Of a stretch of DNA of 64,000 nucleotides, positions 1-15,712 are shown in pieces. The position numbers and the translations under genes were made by a program. The notes beneath the pieces were generated by a model. That model had not been told where the DNA came from. It saw only the letters and a program-made list of their open reading frames with translations, and did no database searches. How positions within the stretch are numbered: the first letter of the stretch is position 1; every line of letters begins with the position of its first letter. Source of the stretch: the human T2T-CHM13v2.0 reference genome, Homo sapiens; assembly GCF_009914755.1 (NCBI RefSeq), contig NC_060937.1; one strand, given 5' to 3'.

Positions 1-78
1 AACTCTTATCCAGATTACAGGATGTAAAATTTAAATTAAAAGAAGGAAACTTTTGGATGTTGATTGCTCAGTATTACC

Positions 79-372
79 TTTTTTTTTGAGACAGGGTCTC
101 ACTCTGTCACCCAGACTGAAGTGCAGTGGTGCAATCTTGGCTCATTGCAACCTCCACCTCCTGGGTTCAAGCGATTCTTCTACCTCCCCTCTCAAGTAAC
201 TGAGACTACAGGCGCCCACCACCACGCCTGGCTAATTTTTTTTTTTTTTTTTGATATTTTTAGTGGAGACGGGGTTTCACTATGTTGGCCAGGCTGCTCT
301 CGAACTCCTGATCTCCACCCATCTCAGCCTCCCAAAGTGCTGGGATTACAGGCATAAGCCACCGCTCCCGGC
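79..372 (-). mobile_element. Alu (AluS-like)
   Basis: Reverse Alu consensus with poly-T at the left end. Confidence 0.92.
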
Positions 373-399
373 TAGTATTTACATTTTTAAAAAGATAAA

Positions 400-1331
400 G
401 GAATAGATCTGCGCTTACACAGGTGTTTGATTTTCCACAAAGGCACCAAAACAGTCCAACAGGAATTTAAACAAATGGTGCTAAAGTAGCCAGAGAGCCA
501 TATGGAAAAATGAATCTAACCTCTGATTCATACCAAACAAACAATAATTAGAGATGGATCATAGGCCACATAAAAAACAGCTAAAAGCAAAGGGTTTAAA
601 ATGAAAATATAGGAGAATATCATCATGACTTGGGGGTAGGCAAAGGTTTCATAAGATAGGTCATAAAAAAGCAATAACCATAAGAGAAAAAAATTTATAT
701 ACATTAGACATCATCAACATTTAAAACTTCTGCTCATCAAAAGATGCCTTTGAGAAAATAGGCAAGCCACACACTGAGAGAACATATTCACTAAGAATGT
801 ATCTGATAACAGCCTGGTATAGAAACAGCTCTTACAAAAACAAAGAAACAACTCAATAGAAAAGGAGCAAAAAATTTGGACAGGCACTTCACAAAAGAAG
901 GTATTTGAATGGGCAATAAGCACATGAAAAAGTGCTCAGCATCATGAAGTTATCAGGGAAATAAAAATTAAAATCACAATAAGATATCATTGAATACCTA
1001 CAAGAATGGCTAAAACAAGAGACTGATAACATCTAACGTTGGCAAGAATGTAGAGTACCTGCAAGTTTCACACATGGTTAGTGGGAATATAAAATAGTAC
1101 ACTTTGAAAAATGGTGAGGTAATTTCTTATAAAACTAAACATACACTTACCCTCCCACCCAGTAATTCTGATCCTAGATATTTACCCATGATAACATGTT
1201 CACAAAAAAACTTGTACAAGAATGTTCATAGCAGCTTTATTTGCCCAAAACTGGGAATAGCTCACATGTTAATCTGCAGAAAAATGGATAAACAAACTGT
1301 GATAGCTTCAGATACTGGAACTCAACTCAGC

Positions 1332-1362
<31 letters not shown>

Positions 1363-1940
1363 TGAACTGCTTATATGTGCAACAACATAGATGAGTCTTA
1401 AAACATACTGAAAGAAGCCTTATACAAAAGAGTACATGCTGTTTGATTGTATCTAGATAAAGTTCTAGAATAGATAAAACTAGTCTACTGTGGAAAACAC
1501 AAGAAAAACGGGGGGAGTGGGATCGACTGGGAAGGAGTATGAGAGAACTTTCTAGAAAGATAGTGTTTGTTTCATTTACACAGATGTATGCATTTGTCAA
1601 AAGTTAGTGAATGTACACTTAAGATTTATAAATTTCATTGTATGTAATTTTTACATCAAAAGAAAAACTAAATATTAATATCTAGCTAGTGATATGCTTG
1701 CTGAAGGATTTAGGAGAAATTGTACTGAGGCCTGCAATTTATTTTTAAATATTCCAAAAAAAAAAAAAAAGATTGATAGAGGGAGGGAGAGGGGGAAGAA
1801 GAGAGACAGAGCGAGAGAGCAAAGCAAATAAAATGTTTATGGTAGAATGTAGGTGTTGGGTATGATATATGGGGTGTTTACTGTAAAATTCAACATTGCT
1901 ATATATTTTATAAAGTTTTATGAGAAAATGTTGGGGAAAA
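400..1940 (+). mobile_element. Old L1 (L1M-type) 3' region, degraded
   Basis: A-rich strand with L1 ORF2-end/3'UTR remnants (acttcacaaaagaag, gttggcaagaatgtagag, aatgttcatagcagctttat). Confidence 0.75.
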
Positions 1941-2239
1941 CAAAAGTAGATTTTTAGAAGAAAGAACCAGTTTTCAATAATCTTTAGATATAACACTCCC
2001 CTAATACATTTCACAGAATTGTTTTCCAATGGGACTATTTGATAATAAATAACTAATTTGTTCAATCCATTAAAAAATAAATCACGCTGGTATCTTGAGT
2101 CTCTTCTAGTAATTGTACAGGTATAAGAAGGTGGAGGGGAAAACCTGTAGGTCAAATAAATTAGGAAGTATTTATTGAGCTTTTACTATCTGCCTACCCG
2201 GTGAGATACAGAGACATCCAAGACTTAGTTAGATCTTAC

Positions 2240-2460
2240 CTGCAGGGGCCACACTCTCACTTGGCAGCCATGAAGAATGAAGCAAAGGTCAGGCCTGCGG
2301 GCAATGCAGGGTAAGGATAAGGACCCACATGCTCAGCAGTACCTTCAAGGCCCCAACCCTGCTTCTCCCCTCCACTCTGATCTTCTCTCTTTCTCCCACC
2401 ACAGGTCCCTCTACCCAGACTCTACCCAGAGCTCTGTCTGCCAGGCTCTCCTCCCCGGCA
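2240..2460 (-). ncRNA. Possible first exon of an antisense lncRNA (CLDN10-AS1-like)
   Basis: Strong - strand donor CAG|GTAAGA at 2240/2239. An antisense lncRNA is known in CLDN10a intron 1 (recalled, not verified). The 5' boundary is a guess. Confidence 0.3.
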
Positions 2461-3419
2461 CCAGGCTTGAGTATTCCGCCTCACTCACCAAGCCTCAGCC
2501 CCCGCCCATTTCCTCAGGGACATGCTCCCTGACCCAGAGCAGAGATCACGTTCTTTGTTATACAGTTTCAGAGTACAGTAGTCCTTTATTAGAGAGCATT
2601 TGATTCAGTTTATAATTACATGGTCACTGAGGGATCGTTTGGGTAATGTGTGTCTCCCCTACTAGATTTTCAGCTCCATGAGAAAAAGAATTGTATTTCC
2701 TTTTTAATTCTCATTATATCCCCAGCAATTTAGCAGCATCTGCTATGTAGAAGGTTACATATGAAAACACACAGAAAGCATTGGGTGTCTTTTTTTTCCT
2801 TCAAATAGGAAAGAAAAAGAAGAAGAAAACATGGTTATAACCATATGAAGCTACTGCCAGGACGATATGTTAATAAAATAAATTTAAGAAAAGATTTGTT
2901 AAAATCAAAAGAGGAAAAATATTTGTAGAATTATAAAATCTTATGTGGTAAGGGATATTGTGGGTCATCTGGTCCACCTAAGCTTAACTATACTCCTGTC
3001 AAATGTATGAATATCTTTAGTAAATATCTTTTGTTATTTTACATTTTTAAAAATAACTTTTTATATCAAACCGTTAAAAATTCAAAAAAAAATCAATTCT
3101 CCATCTTCAGAAACTGATTGTTATATAAAGAATTTAGTATAATGCATGATTCACAGTGATAGTTATAATAACTACTACTAGTAGGAGTATTACCAGGAAA
3201 CCTCTAAGTTGTAGTGCATCATTTTGATAAGAACATGTGTTTTGGATCATTTAAAAAAAGGGGATTAAATTATAACTCTGCCTCTAAATGGCAATACATC
3301 TTTGAGCAATTTTCCTAATATCTCCAAACTTCAGGGTTTTTTTTCTCCTGGCATTCAATAAACGGTAGCCAATCATGGTTATAATATAACAACAACAGTG
3401 AGGATGAATAAGAATCTGT

Positions 3420-4660
3420 GTTTATTCTCAAAGCGCTCACAGCTCAGCAGGGACATGGATACAAACTCCAATTCTGCGCAGTAAATGCAACAATGGAAGC
3501 ACGCCACCAAGAATGAGAGAGTGACTCTCAGGCCTGGTCTATTGGGGGAGGAAAGAGTTTTTTTAAAAAGTAATTAAAAGGAATTCTCCAGGCTAATTAA
3601 GCAAAAAAGGCATCCTGGGTGGAAGAACACTGCCATGCATGCTTGCTATGATCCAGCAGAGTATTCCAAGGTGCAGCATGGCAGGAGATGGGCTGAAGAT
3701 CCTAGGATACCTTTTGTGTCATGATAAAATACACAGATTTCATTCTGCAAGTAATGAGGAGCCCGTGAAGGGTTTTAAAGGGGTAAAGAAACAATTAGGC
3801 TTATCTTTTAGGAAAATCAGCTGGGGAGTCATATTAGAAGGGGTGAGCCCTGGGGCAGGAAGACCAGTCAGGCTAGTGGATGGAAGAGGTGATGAGGGTC
3901 TAAACTGGGAAGAGTAGTGTGGGCCTGGAGAGGTGAGAATGACTCATGGCAGTTCAGAAAGAGTGTCAACAAGATTGAGTGATGAGGAGTACAGAGGGAA
4001 GAGCGCCATCCAAGATGACTCAGGAACACTCATAACTTGCTTGGCAGACTGAGTGGGTAGACAAACAAATATGGTTCATGGTTCAGTGGAGAAAATACAG
4101 AAGGGAGCTGCGGGGGAGGTGGGGGTGAGAGGTTTAGTTGTAGACATAATTGAGGTCTCCATACCTGCGAGCCACCAGGAGAAAGGAGAAGATGTCCCAT
4201 AGGCACATGGGACATCAGAAGAACTGATTCTGGGTCAGGGAATCCCATTATGGAGCCACCAGTTGGTTCAGGGAAAGACTGTGATGTGAAAAGGGGTAAG
4301 TGCCAAGTACAGAATGCTGGAGATACCAGCCCATGAGGAGACATGGAGACGAATCGTGGAACAGGCAGAGAAATCTAGGCAAGAATGGGGCTATGGAAGC
4401 CGAAAGAATAAAGTATTTCACAAAGAAGGAACTGAGCAACTATGAAAAAGGTGCAGAGAAAACAAACAAGATAAAGAATGGGGACTGTTCACTAAGTCAG
4501 GTAGCACAAAACCACTTGTCACTTTTGCCTATGGTGTTTCAGTGGAAAGGGAAAGGTAGGAAAGATGGCAGTGGATGGAGAAGTAGATGGGTGGTGGACA
4601 GAGAGACTGTGATACTGTAATAGACAAGTCTATTGAGATGGTCAGTTAAAGAAGAAAAAT
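3420..4660 (-). mobile_element. L2 fragments
   Basis: Purine-rich degenerate sequence resembling antisense L2 (ggggcaggaagaccagtcaggct..., tttagttgtagacat..tgagg). Confidence 0.5.
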
Positions 4661-4769
4661 GAAGAATATGTTTTAAATGTCTCTCAAGATATCTTTAAAT
4701 ACATTTGTGTATTTTCCTAAATTTGAAAAAAAAAAAAAAGTCCTTAATATCTGCTTCATCTAAGCAGAA

Positions 4770-5012
4770 AGATCACCTGAGGTCAGGAGTTCAAGACCAA
4801 CCTAGTCACATGGTGAAACTCCATCTCTACTAAAAATACAAAAATTAGCTAGCATGGTGACATACACCTGCAATCCCAGCTCCTCTGGAGGCTGAGGCAA
4901 GAGAATCGCTTGAACCCAGGAGGTGGAGGTTGCAGTAAGCCGAGATCACGCCACTGCACTCCAGCCCAGGCGACAGAGCAAGACTCTGTCTCAAAAAAAG
5001 AAAAAAGAAAAA
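4770..5012 (+). mobile_element. Alu, 5'-truncated
   Basis: Starts at gatcacctgaggtcagg and ends in an A-tail. Confidence 0.9.
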
Positions 5013-6696
5013 TCATCCAAGGGACAATTTATCCTTAACCATACAAAACTTACAGCCTCAAGAGGAAGATGAGCTTTGGCTACTGTTTTCTAGAGAAAAT
5101 TGGTCCTAAAAATCATTACTTTGTAATGATTGTCACAATTTCTCAACACATCTTGATTAAAAGAAAACGATAGATTCCTAATTCAAGGCGCTTCATAGTG
5201 CCATCTATGCGTTGCAGTTACAAAATCTTCACCTTCTAGTTCTGTTAATACTGGCTTTGCAATGTCCTCACACCTGTTCTTTCTCGTCCTTTCCCACGGT
5301 CCTTACAATAAAACTGTTTATTTTTTAAAAACTGCATGCCTTTTTAAAAAAAGTTCATATTGAAATGTCTTAACAATCTTTATCCAAAAGAGGGCGCAAA
5401 TTTCTCATGAAATATAGTGCGGTATTTTACAAAATGTCTTTGCTGCTAGTGGTATTTAAATTTCACAGCTGCTGTAAGTTAATGCAGAAACACTATTCCT
5501 GCAGCATGTGCATGTGAATCCTGTCCTGTTGTGTGTGTGCTAATTAAGAGCCTTTTGCTTCTTTAGAAGAGTTTCAGAGCAGAGCTAAGGCTTGCTGAAG
5601 TAAAGAAGTAAGTTGAAGCTAACATTTTTTCTATTCTGGGTAGCCATATCAAATTAAGATAGAATATTTTAAAATTAAACATTAAGTGGGGGAAAAGAAA
5701 ACCTCTCTGTTTACAATCTTCTAATTTTAGGATGTATTTCCATTCTACCACAGATTAAAGAATGCCTAATGAAGTTAATATAGTTCAGACTTTGTGTGGG
5801 GTTGGTTAATAGCTAATCAGTTTTGGGGGGGTTGTTGGTTATTTGTTTTGTTGCCAGAGCTGGAAACATTCATAATTCAATGAATACCCAGTATGCACGG
5901 CTCTTCTTGCGTACAGGAGGCAGTATGAATTGCGAACAGAGGGGATCAAGTGAATTCTGGTCTCAGCTATTACTGTAGCTTGAGTCCCACCATAATTTGT
6001 GTACGTTTTCTGATGGGGATGATATGCCAAAAAGGTGCTGAAGTAGAATTGGGTGTCATAAATATGAACTATGCAAATGGAAGGAAGTGCAAAGACGAAA
6101 CCATTTTTTCAATGGTAGTAATATACCACAAGTTTCCCTTACTTAACAGAAATTCATTTAACCAAATTCTTTACTTGAAATATATAAATTAGGGTACCAC
6201 TTCACTCCACAGAATGGCATTTCCAAATTTGAAGTCCTGTGCTTATTCTTGCTTCTGTAACTGGCTTGAATTCCAAATTCCAGGTTTTCCATCATAACTA
6301 CCTGCCTGGTAATTTGCTGGGGTGCGGTAGCCATGAACACTCACCCACGAGTAACAAACACTCACCGGGGTAATTTGGATTGGCTTCCAGCCCCTAAAAG
6401 TGAAACCAATTATAAGTAGAGAATCCCTGAAACTTTATCTGCCAATTGATAAGCACTGGTGGCTATCAACTAGAACCCAAAACTACATCCTTCAGTGGCA
6501 ACATACAAACAGCACTAAATGAGGGCAAATGCAGAGCTAAATTCATAGCCCTTTTTATGCACCAGTCTAAAACAACGTTGCCAAGAAGATCTGCAGAAAT
6601 TTTTGGTAGAGAACCAACATGACAACAAGAGCCAAGCATTATTTCCAGCTTTCATTTGATTACAAATCTGTGACCCATTGACAAACTGTTTATTTC

Positions 6697-6977
6697 TTTT
6701 TTTTTTTTTTTTTTTTTTTTTGAGACATGCAATGGCACAATCTTGGCTCACTGCAACCTCTGCTTCCTGGGTTGAGGCGATTCTCCTGCCTCAGCCTCCA
6801 GAGTAGCTGGCACCTTACAGGCGCCCACCACCACGCCTGGCTAGTTTTTTTGTATTTTTTGTAGAGACAGGGTTTCACTATATTGGCCAGGCTGGTCTTG
6901 AACCCCTGACCTCATGATCCACCCACCTTGGACTCCCAAAGTGCTGAGATTACAGGCATGAGCCACCACACCCAGCC
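6697..6977 (-). mobile_element. Alu
   Basis: Reverse Alu with TSD acaaactgttt on both sides. Confidence 0.92.
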
Positions 6978-7420
6978 AACAAACTGTTTCTATGAATTAC
7001 CAACAAGCATTCATACCTCCTCTCCATATGTGATGATAGAGTGATATCAATTGATTCATCATATTGATTTCCTCTTGTCAGTGGCCAAACCTGCCTTCAT
7101 CACGCACCCCATGCAGCTGCAAGGTCAATGTGTGTGTTCGCTCTGAAATCCTCACGCTGCATCTTGGCCAGCTTCCTCCTTTCCTGACCATAAGATCTGA
7201 TCTCTTCTTCTATAGGGTAGAGCCTGGATCACATTTTCTTTTCTGAATTTCTGAGGCCATGACTCCTCCTCTTCCTCTGCCTATTGCTATAGCCAACACC
7301 GTTGTCCTGCTGTACCCGCTTATGGCAACAACCCTAATGCCTTAGATTCCATTCCTGTAGACTCCACAGAGAAGGCGATTTTTAAGTACTCAAGTTGTTT
7401 GATAATGCTGAACTTTGTAA

Positions 7421-7761
<341 letters not shown>

Positions 7762-8412
7762 TAGAAACCAGATCAAATGTTTGAGGATAGCAATGTAAAA
7801 GTAGAGGGTACAAAGGAACCAAAGTCACTGGACTCTTAAAACAACACAGAAGAAAAAGTGAGGATGCTGGCATTACAATTGGATTTTGAATCTGTTTTCA
7901 CCTTCAGTATTTATATTGAGACATGTGGGAATACAGTATTGTTTCAATATGCCTTCTCTCAAATGATCATTTTTTAGTTGGTACATGACTAAGAGGTTTG
8001 CTATATTCATTGGAGTAACATTCACGTTCTGAATTAATTTGCTTAGAAGATGAATCTGACTTTATAATAAAAATTTTAAAGGAGTCAATTAGAAAAGAGC
8101 AGCTGGAAGAAAGTTGTTGCATTATTTAAGGGCTTGAATAATATACAAAGGTAAGTTAGTAATAAAAAGTTAATTACAAGATGGCTTTATTTCTTATTGA
8201 AACTGTATTTTCTACCTTTCCAGAATATTGTCCTGAGAACACTTACATATTCCTTTTTTTTAGAAAAACTGTGGAATGAAGAAGGCACTCATTATTTTCA
8301 GCTCCCATAGTTATAATTCTGTTTCTATAGAAATTTGCAACATCCCATAGAGTACAGTATTTTATTCAGCTTTCAAAAGATAATCTTGACCCTTTAACAC
8401 ATGTTTACTTTT

Positions 8413-9071
<659 letters not shown>

Positions 9072-10425
9072 TTAATTACAAAAGACCACTTTTTAGTTGT
9101 TAATATGCATTAGGTAACAAATACTTGGCATATATGCATTCTTTGAAAATATCAGACAAATAACTAAACAAAATTGCATGCTAGTTAGTGGCTCGGACTG
9201 GGAAATGAGAAGTGATGTTAATTCTTAACGTTGGCTACTTTTGTCACCTGTAAAATATGATCAAGCCTGTTAGTCTAACTTAATAGCTTGAGTAATTGAT
9301 ATAGGGAGTGAAGTTTTTTTGGGGGTTGGGGAGAGACATTGCTTTTTTCCACTGACACTGACGATACCAGTTTACTACTATGTGACACTTTTTGCTTGAA
9401 CTAGAAGAGATAAGTAGTATTTTTCAAGTTTTGAGGTTTGGGTGTTCTGCTCTTGTGGACGTGTCATGTTTAATAAAGCTTGTTCACAACTACTGGCTTA
9501 GGAAGTGGCTTGCAGTTGACAAGTATGTGACTTGGAACACTGGGTGGAATGGCCACATGGCCCAGTGGCCCAGGGCCCACACTGAGAATGCAGCAGCTGT
9601 GCATGCTAAATCTGGCTCTGTCATTAACCTGCCGAGGGACCTTCTACAAATGCTTAATTCCAACCATGAAAGCAAACATAGGCACCGATGCTTGAGAATA
9701 GTTGTAAAGGAAATCAGGCCTTGTGCAGAAAATAAACGGAACTCGTCTGCCTTTCCTTTCTAACACTTGTTGGAGGCAGGGAGGAATTCAGAATGACCAG
9801 GCTGCAAGTTACTGTTCTTTGCTTCTAATTAAGAGGCAACTATACGCAAGTGAGCATAATTAGGAGAAACTGGGGCAGCTGGGGCAAGTATGGGCAAAAC
9901 TTAAGCCAACTTTGAAAACTAAAGGGCAAATCTCTGGAGTAGTGAGAAAGAGATTTCTCCCTGGTTCCCTCTCTTGCTAGCTGCATATGTGTACAATGAC
10001 CCCATCACACTCTGCGTCTGAGCCTCCCTCTCTTTCTAGTTTTTTTCTGTTTCCCCTGTTCCTTCTTGTTTTTCCTTTGTTTGCACTGTCTGAAGGGGAG
10101 GAGGAGACAATATTCTCCCATTGCATTTTTTATTACTTCCTCTATCACTAGATCTAGGCAGAGCTTTTGAGACTCGTTTTGACACACTCACTTTTTTTCC
10201 ACACTCACTTTTTAGACGGGAAAAATGGGCCCAATCAAATGTAAATGAACAGCAAGGTAGTGACAGCTAGAATAGATGGCAGGTCATTTAAATGCCAGTC
10301 CAGTGCTATTTCCATACATTGCACCCAAGTTTAATGATTAAGAACAAACAATAACACTCCCAAGGCTGAACTGACCTTATATTTTTCATATGTAAAAATG
10401 TATTCTATGTTTGTTACCTCACAAC

Positions 10426-10848
10426 TATGTTAGTCCATTCTCACATAGCTATAAATATCTGAGACTGGGTAATTTATAAAGAGAAAAGGTTTAATTGCTA
10501 GGTTTTGCAGGCTGTACAGGAACATGATGCTGGCATCTACTTGGCTTCTGGGGAGGCCTCAGGAAACTCACAATCATTGCGGAAGATGAAGTGGAAGCTT
10601 GCATGTCACATGGTCACATGGCCAGAGCAAGAGCAAGAGAGCGAGGTGGGAAGTGCTACACATTTTTAAATGACCAGATCTCACGAGAACTCATTCACTA
10701 TCACGGGAACAGCCCCAAGGGGATGGTGCTGAACCATTCGTGAGAAATCTACCCCCATGATCCAGTCACCTCCCATCAGGCCCCACCTCCAATACCGGGA
10801 ATTACAATTCTACGTGAGATGTGGTGCAGACAGATCCAAACCTTATCA
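10426..10848 (-). mobile_element. MaLR solo LTR (MSTA/MSTB-like)
   Basis: gagactgggtaatttataaag...ccaaaccttatca termini, near-TSD acaac/gcaac. Confidence 0.88.
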
Positions 10849-11057
10849 GCAACCACAGGAGTTAGGGCAGGTGGAGGATGTGACAGCATTTAAACACCAT
10901 TATTTCATGTACATGGAATTATTTGATGTAGAGTATGAATGTATGTACTTCGAAATTCAACATGATTTTGAAGTATATCCACAAGTACGGTTCATCTTTG
11001 GCCCAGTTTGGCCAGAAATAAAATACTGCACTGGAAATATGTATGCTACATTCACTA

Positions 11058-11908
<851 letters not shown>

Positions 11909-13308
11909 TTAGGGCTTAGCTTGATTTTCCCTAAGCCAGTGAAATACAAGAGTCTTGAAAGTCAGAAGTAATTGGCTGTTAGGAAAAAGAGTAAAAGAAA
12001 CTGGTGAGTCTAATCTGTGAGTGAAGTTACCATATACCTATTCCAGGTAGCAAAACAAACTAAAAGAAAAAAATACTGCATTTTCCAAAATTCATAAAAT
12101 TTCCCAAATTCATAAAGTTTATGAATTTAGGAAAATGCAGTATGTTTTTCTATTAGTTTATTTTTTCTATTAGTTTGTTTATGAATTAGGAAAATTCATA
12201 AATTTCATTTCTAAAATTCATATTTAGGAAAATGCAGCATGTTTTTCTATTAGCTCATATTTTCTATTAGTTCATATATTTTTCTATTCCTTTCATATTA
12301 ATATTGTGTGATTCCAAACTATCTGTAGAAAAATTGTATAGTGATAAACATTTATATACATATATGCAATCGATTGTAAAAGACAAAAAAGCAATTATTT
12401 GAGGATTAATTTAATTGTTTAAAATATAAACTGACAAAGCCTTATATTCATAAGATTTTAGTTTGAAAGGATATGACATTCCTTCTTCATGTAAGAAGAT
12501 TATACGCAAAAGAGCAAATACAAATTAGACATTTACAGTCTGTTTTTGAGAGTTCATGCTTAACATTCTACCAATCTTAATCATATATCCTTTTTTGACT
12601 AATAAAATTAAATTCAACAACATTTAGCAAATGCCTATAGTATACCCAGTTCTATAATATCTATTATTTAATTTGTTGGATCCTCTCAATCACATCTGGA
12701 AATTAATATGAAATAATAAAATTGTATTATTTGCTTTTCTCCTCTACAGTATATGAACTCTAGAAAGTCAAGAATAAACAGAGTATCATTCAGGTTGCTT
12801 AACCAAATTTCATTGGCTGCTTTATTTAGCATGTCAAAAAATTACAATATAATCTTTCACATGGTGTTTTGATTGGAAATAAAACATGGCTTAACTCTAT
12901 AGGATTACATATATGGATGAATTGTACGGTGGGAGGCAGCTGACATAGGGCATGTTTGTTTGTCAGAAAGATTTATGCCAGAAATCCTAGAGGTGTGGCA
13001 GTTATGATAATACAGGCAAAACATGACATCAACTTTGTTCTTTAGATGTTTTTATTCATTCTTTACAAACCCTAAATCATAGAAACAGCTATTGCTTTGA
13101 ACCACAAAGAGAGGTGTGTCTGTTATCAGTCTGCCATATTATCAGCATACAATTCCACTGTGATTTCCTTTCTTTTTATGTTACTATTCAGAAGTCATGT
13201 ATAGAGATGACTGCATGAACCTGAATCACGAAGCCTCCTAGTAATACACTTGTAAATATTTTACTGGGGAGCATAAATATATCTTTGAGGAGAACCTAGA
13301 TGAAATAG

Positions 13309-13617
<309 letters not shown>

Positions 13618-13799
13618 CAACTTTTAAATATTATTCAAATCTTGCTTCTAATTCAGATTTTTCTTCAGCATCAAACTCAGATAATTTTTCAGATTTATAC
13701 ATTTTTGAAAAATATTGATAACATGCAAAATGTTATTCCAATTGATATACTACTTCAGCATATACTTTATGACCTAATGTGCATTAAGAAGTCACTTTT

Positions 13800-14095
<296 letters not shown>

Positions 14096-14819
14096 AGAAG
14101 TCACTTTTGGGTCCCAGTTTCCTCATTTGAAAAATTGAATTAGGTAACTTTTTTAAGGTCCTTTCTAACTTCAGCATTCTAGAAATAAAAATATATACCT
14201 TAGTTTGATGTCCTTTAAAATAACAATATTTTTTATGGCTATTTAAAAACCATTGGTTTTTAAATATTTTCACCAGAAAATGAAATAAACATGAGAAGGA
14301 GCGTCCACAGCACAGTAAATGATACTCACTGCAGAACGTCCCCAACTCAGGATGGCAGGGAAGAAGGGTGGGTGCTCACTGGCAGAACGTTCCCATTCAA
14401 GTCACTGGGCTAGCTCCGTTTGGCTGAGAGCACGGGCCAGAGCTCAAAGCACGCAGAAGACAGATTTAAGAATTCTCTAATGAAGTCTTCTTACTGTGTG
14501 TGTGGACTCAAAGAAAAATATTCCAGACCCAAACTAACACAGTGAGTGAGCCTTGCTCAGGATACCATTAAACAGCATATTATTGAACTTCAATTCACTT
14601 ACTGCAAGATCTAGACATATACAGAAATGAAGTAAGGAAACTAGGTACCCTGTTCAAATAATTCTGATTATAAAAGCAATTTTCCTGAAAATAAAGTTAA
14701 ATCAAGTTATTCAGAACTGTCTTAATGCATTTTGTGCATGTTTGTTCACACGCTGTAGATATTGACTGTACTCTGTACACAAAGAGTTGTCTTGGTGGGA
14801 AGCAACTTCTCACAAGGAG

Positions 14820-14950
14820 TGGAGACTCTAGAACTGAGCTGGCACATTGAAACCTCACCTCTACCACCTTCCAGAGCAAGTGACTTAATCTCTCTGTGGT
14901 TCAGTTTCCTCTTCTGTACAATGGGAATGAAAATAGTACCCCATTGCATG
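14820..14950 (+). mobile_element. MIR
   Basis: gcaagtgacttaatctctctgtggttcagtttcctcttctgtacaatggg core. Confidence 0.75.
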
Positions 14951-15499
14951 GAGTTTTTATTAAATAGTATCTATTGCATGGAATTGTTAAAAGGTACCAA
15001 GATCAGTGTTTATTAGATAGAAATAAGAGAATGCCTACATTTTGAAGAAAAAAAACTCTCAAAATGAAGCACTAGCTTATAGGTATGTTTTTGTAAGAAC
15101 ATGCATTTTTAACCCTGAAATAATTCATTTTAAACTTCCTCTGATTTTCCCCACAATGTGAGCCACGTGGTAACTTGGGACTTCTGAGTAGTTTGGAATA
15201 AACTTTGCACCTGCTGTATTGTGAGGACTAGAGAGAGGAGCAAGTATCTGCATTTGGTAACAGACACTAGACTGTATTGCTTCCCACTCCTTACACCTAG
15301 TCATTGAGAAAACTGAGGGCTATGGAAATCATTCACCCTGTCCTCAGTGTCCTCTGCTCAGCTTCTCGTCCCAGTGCTGTCTCCCCTTGATTTCCCACTT
15401 CTTCTCTTCTTTATCTTTATTTCTTGCCCCTTGCTTTTCTCTTTGCAGTTTCTGTTCCCCTTACTCTCTCTGCCTTATCATTGGTCACTTCTTTCATTT

Positions 15500-15712
15500 A
15501 TTTTTACTTTTTTAGAGACAGGCAGGCTGGTCTTGAACTCCTAGCTCATGCTCCCAAAGAGCTGGGACTACAGGCGGCTGGCTAACTTTTTTTTTTTTTT
15601 TTTTTTAAGAGATGGGGACTCTCCCTATGTTACTCAGGCTGGTCTGGAACTCCTAGGCTCAAGTGATCTTGCTGCCTCAGCCTCTGGAGGGGCTGAGAGA
15701 GATTACAGGCAC
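15500..15712 (-). mobile_element. Alu monomer fragments (FLAM/AluJ-like)
   Basis: Two partial reverse Alu monomers separated by poly-T. Confidence 0.7.
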
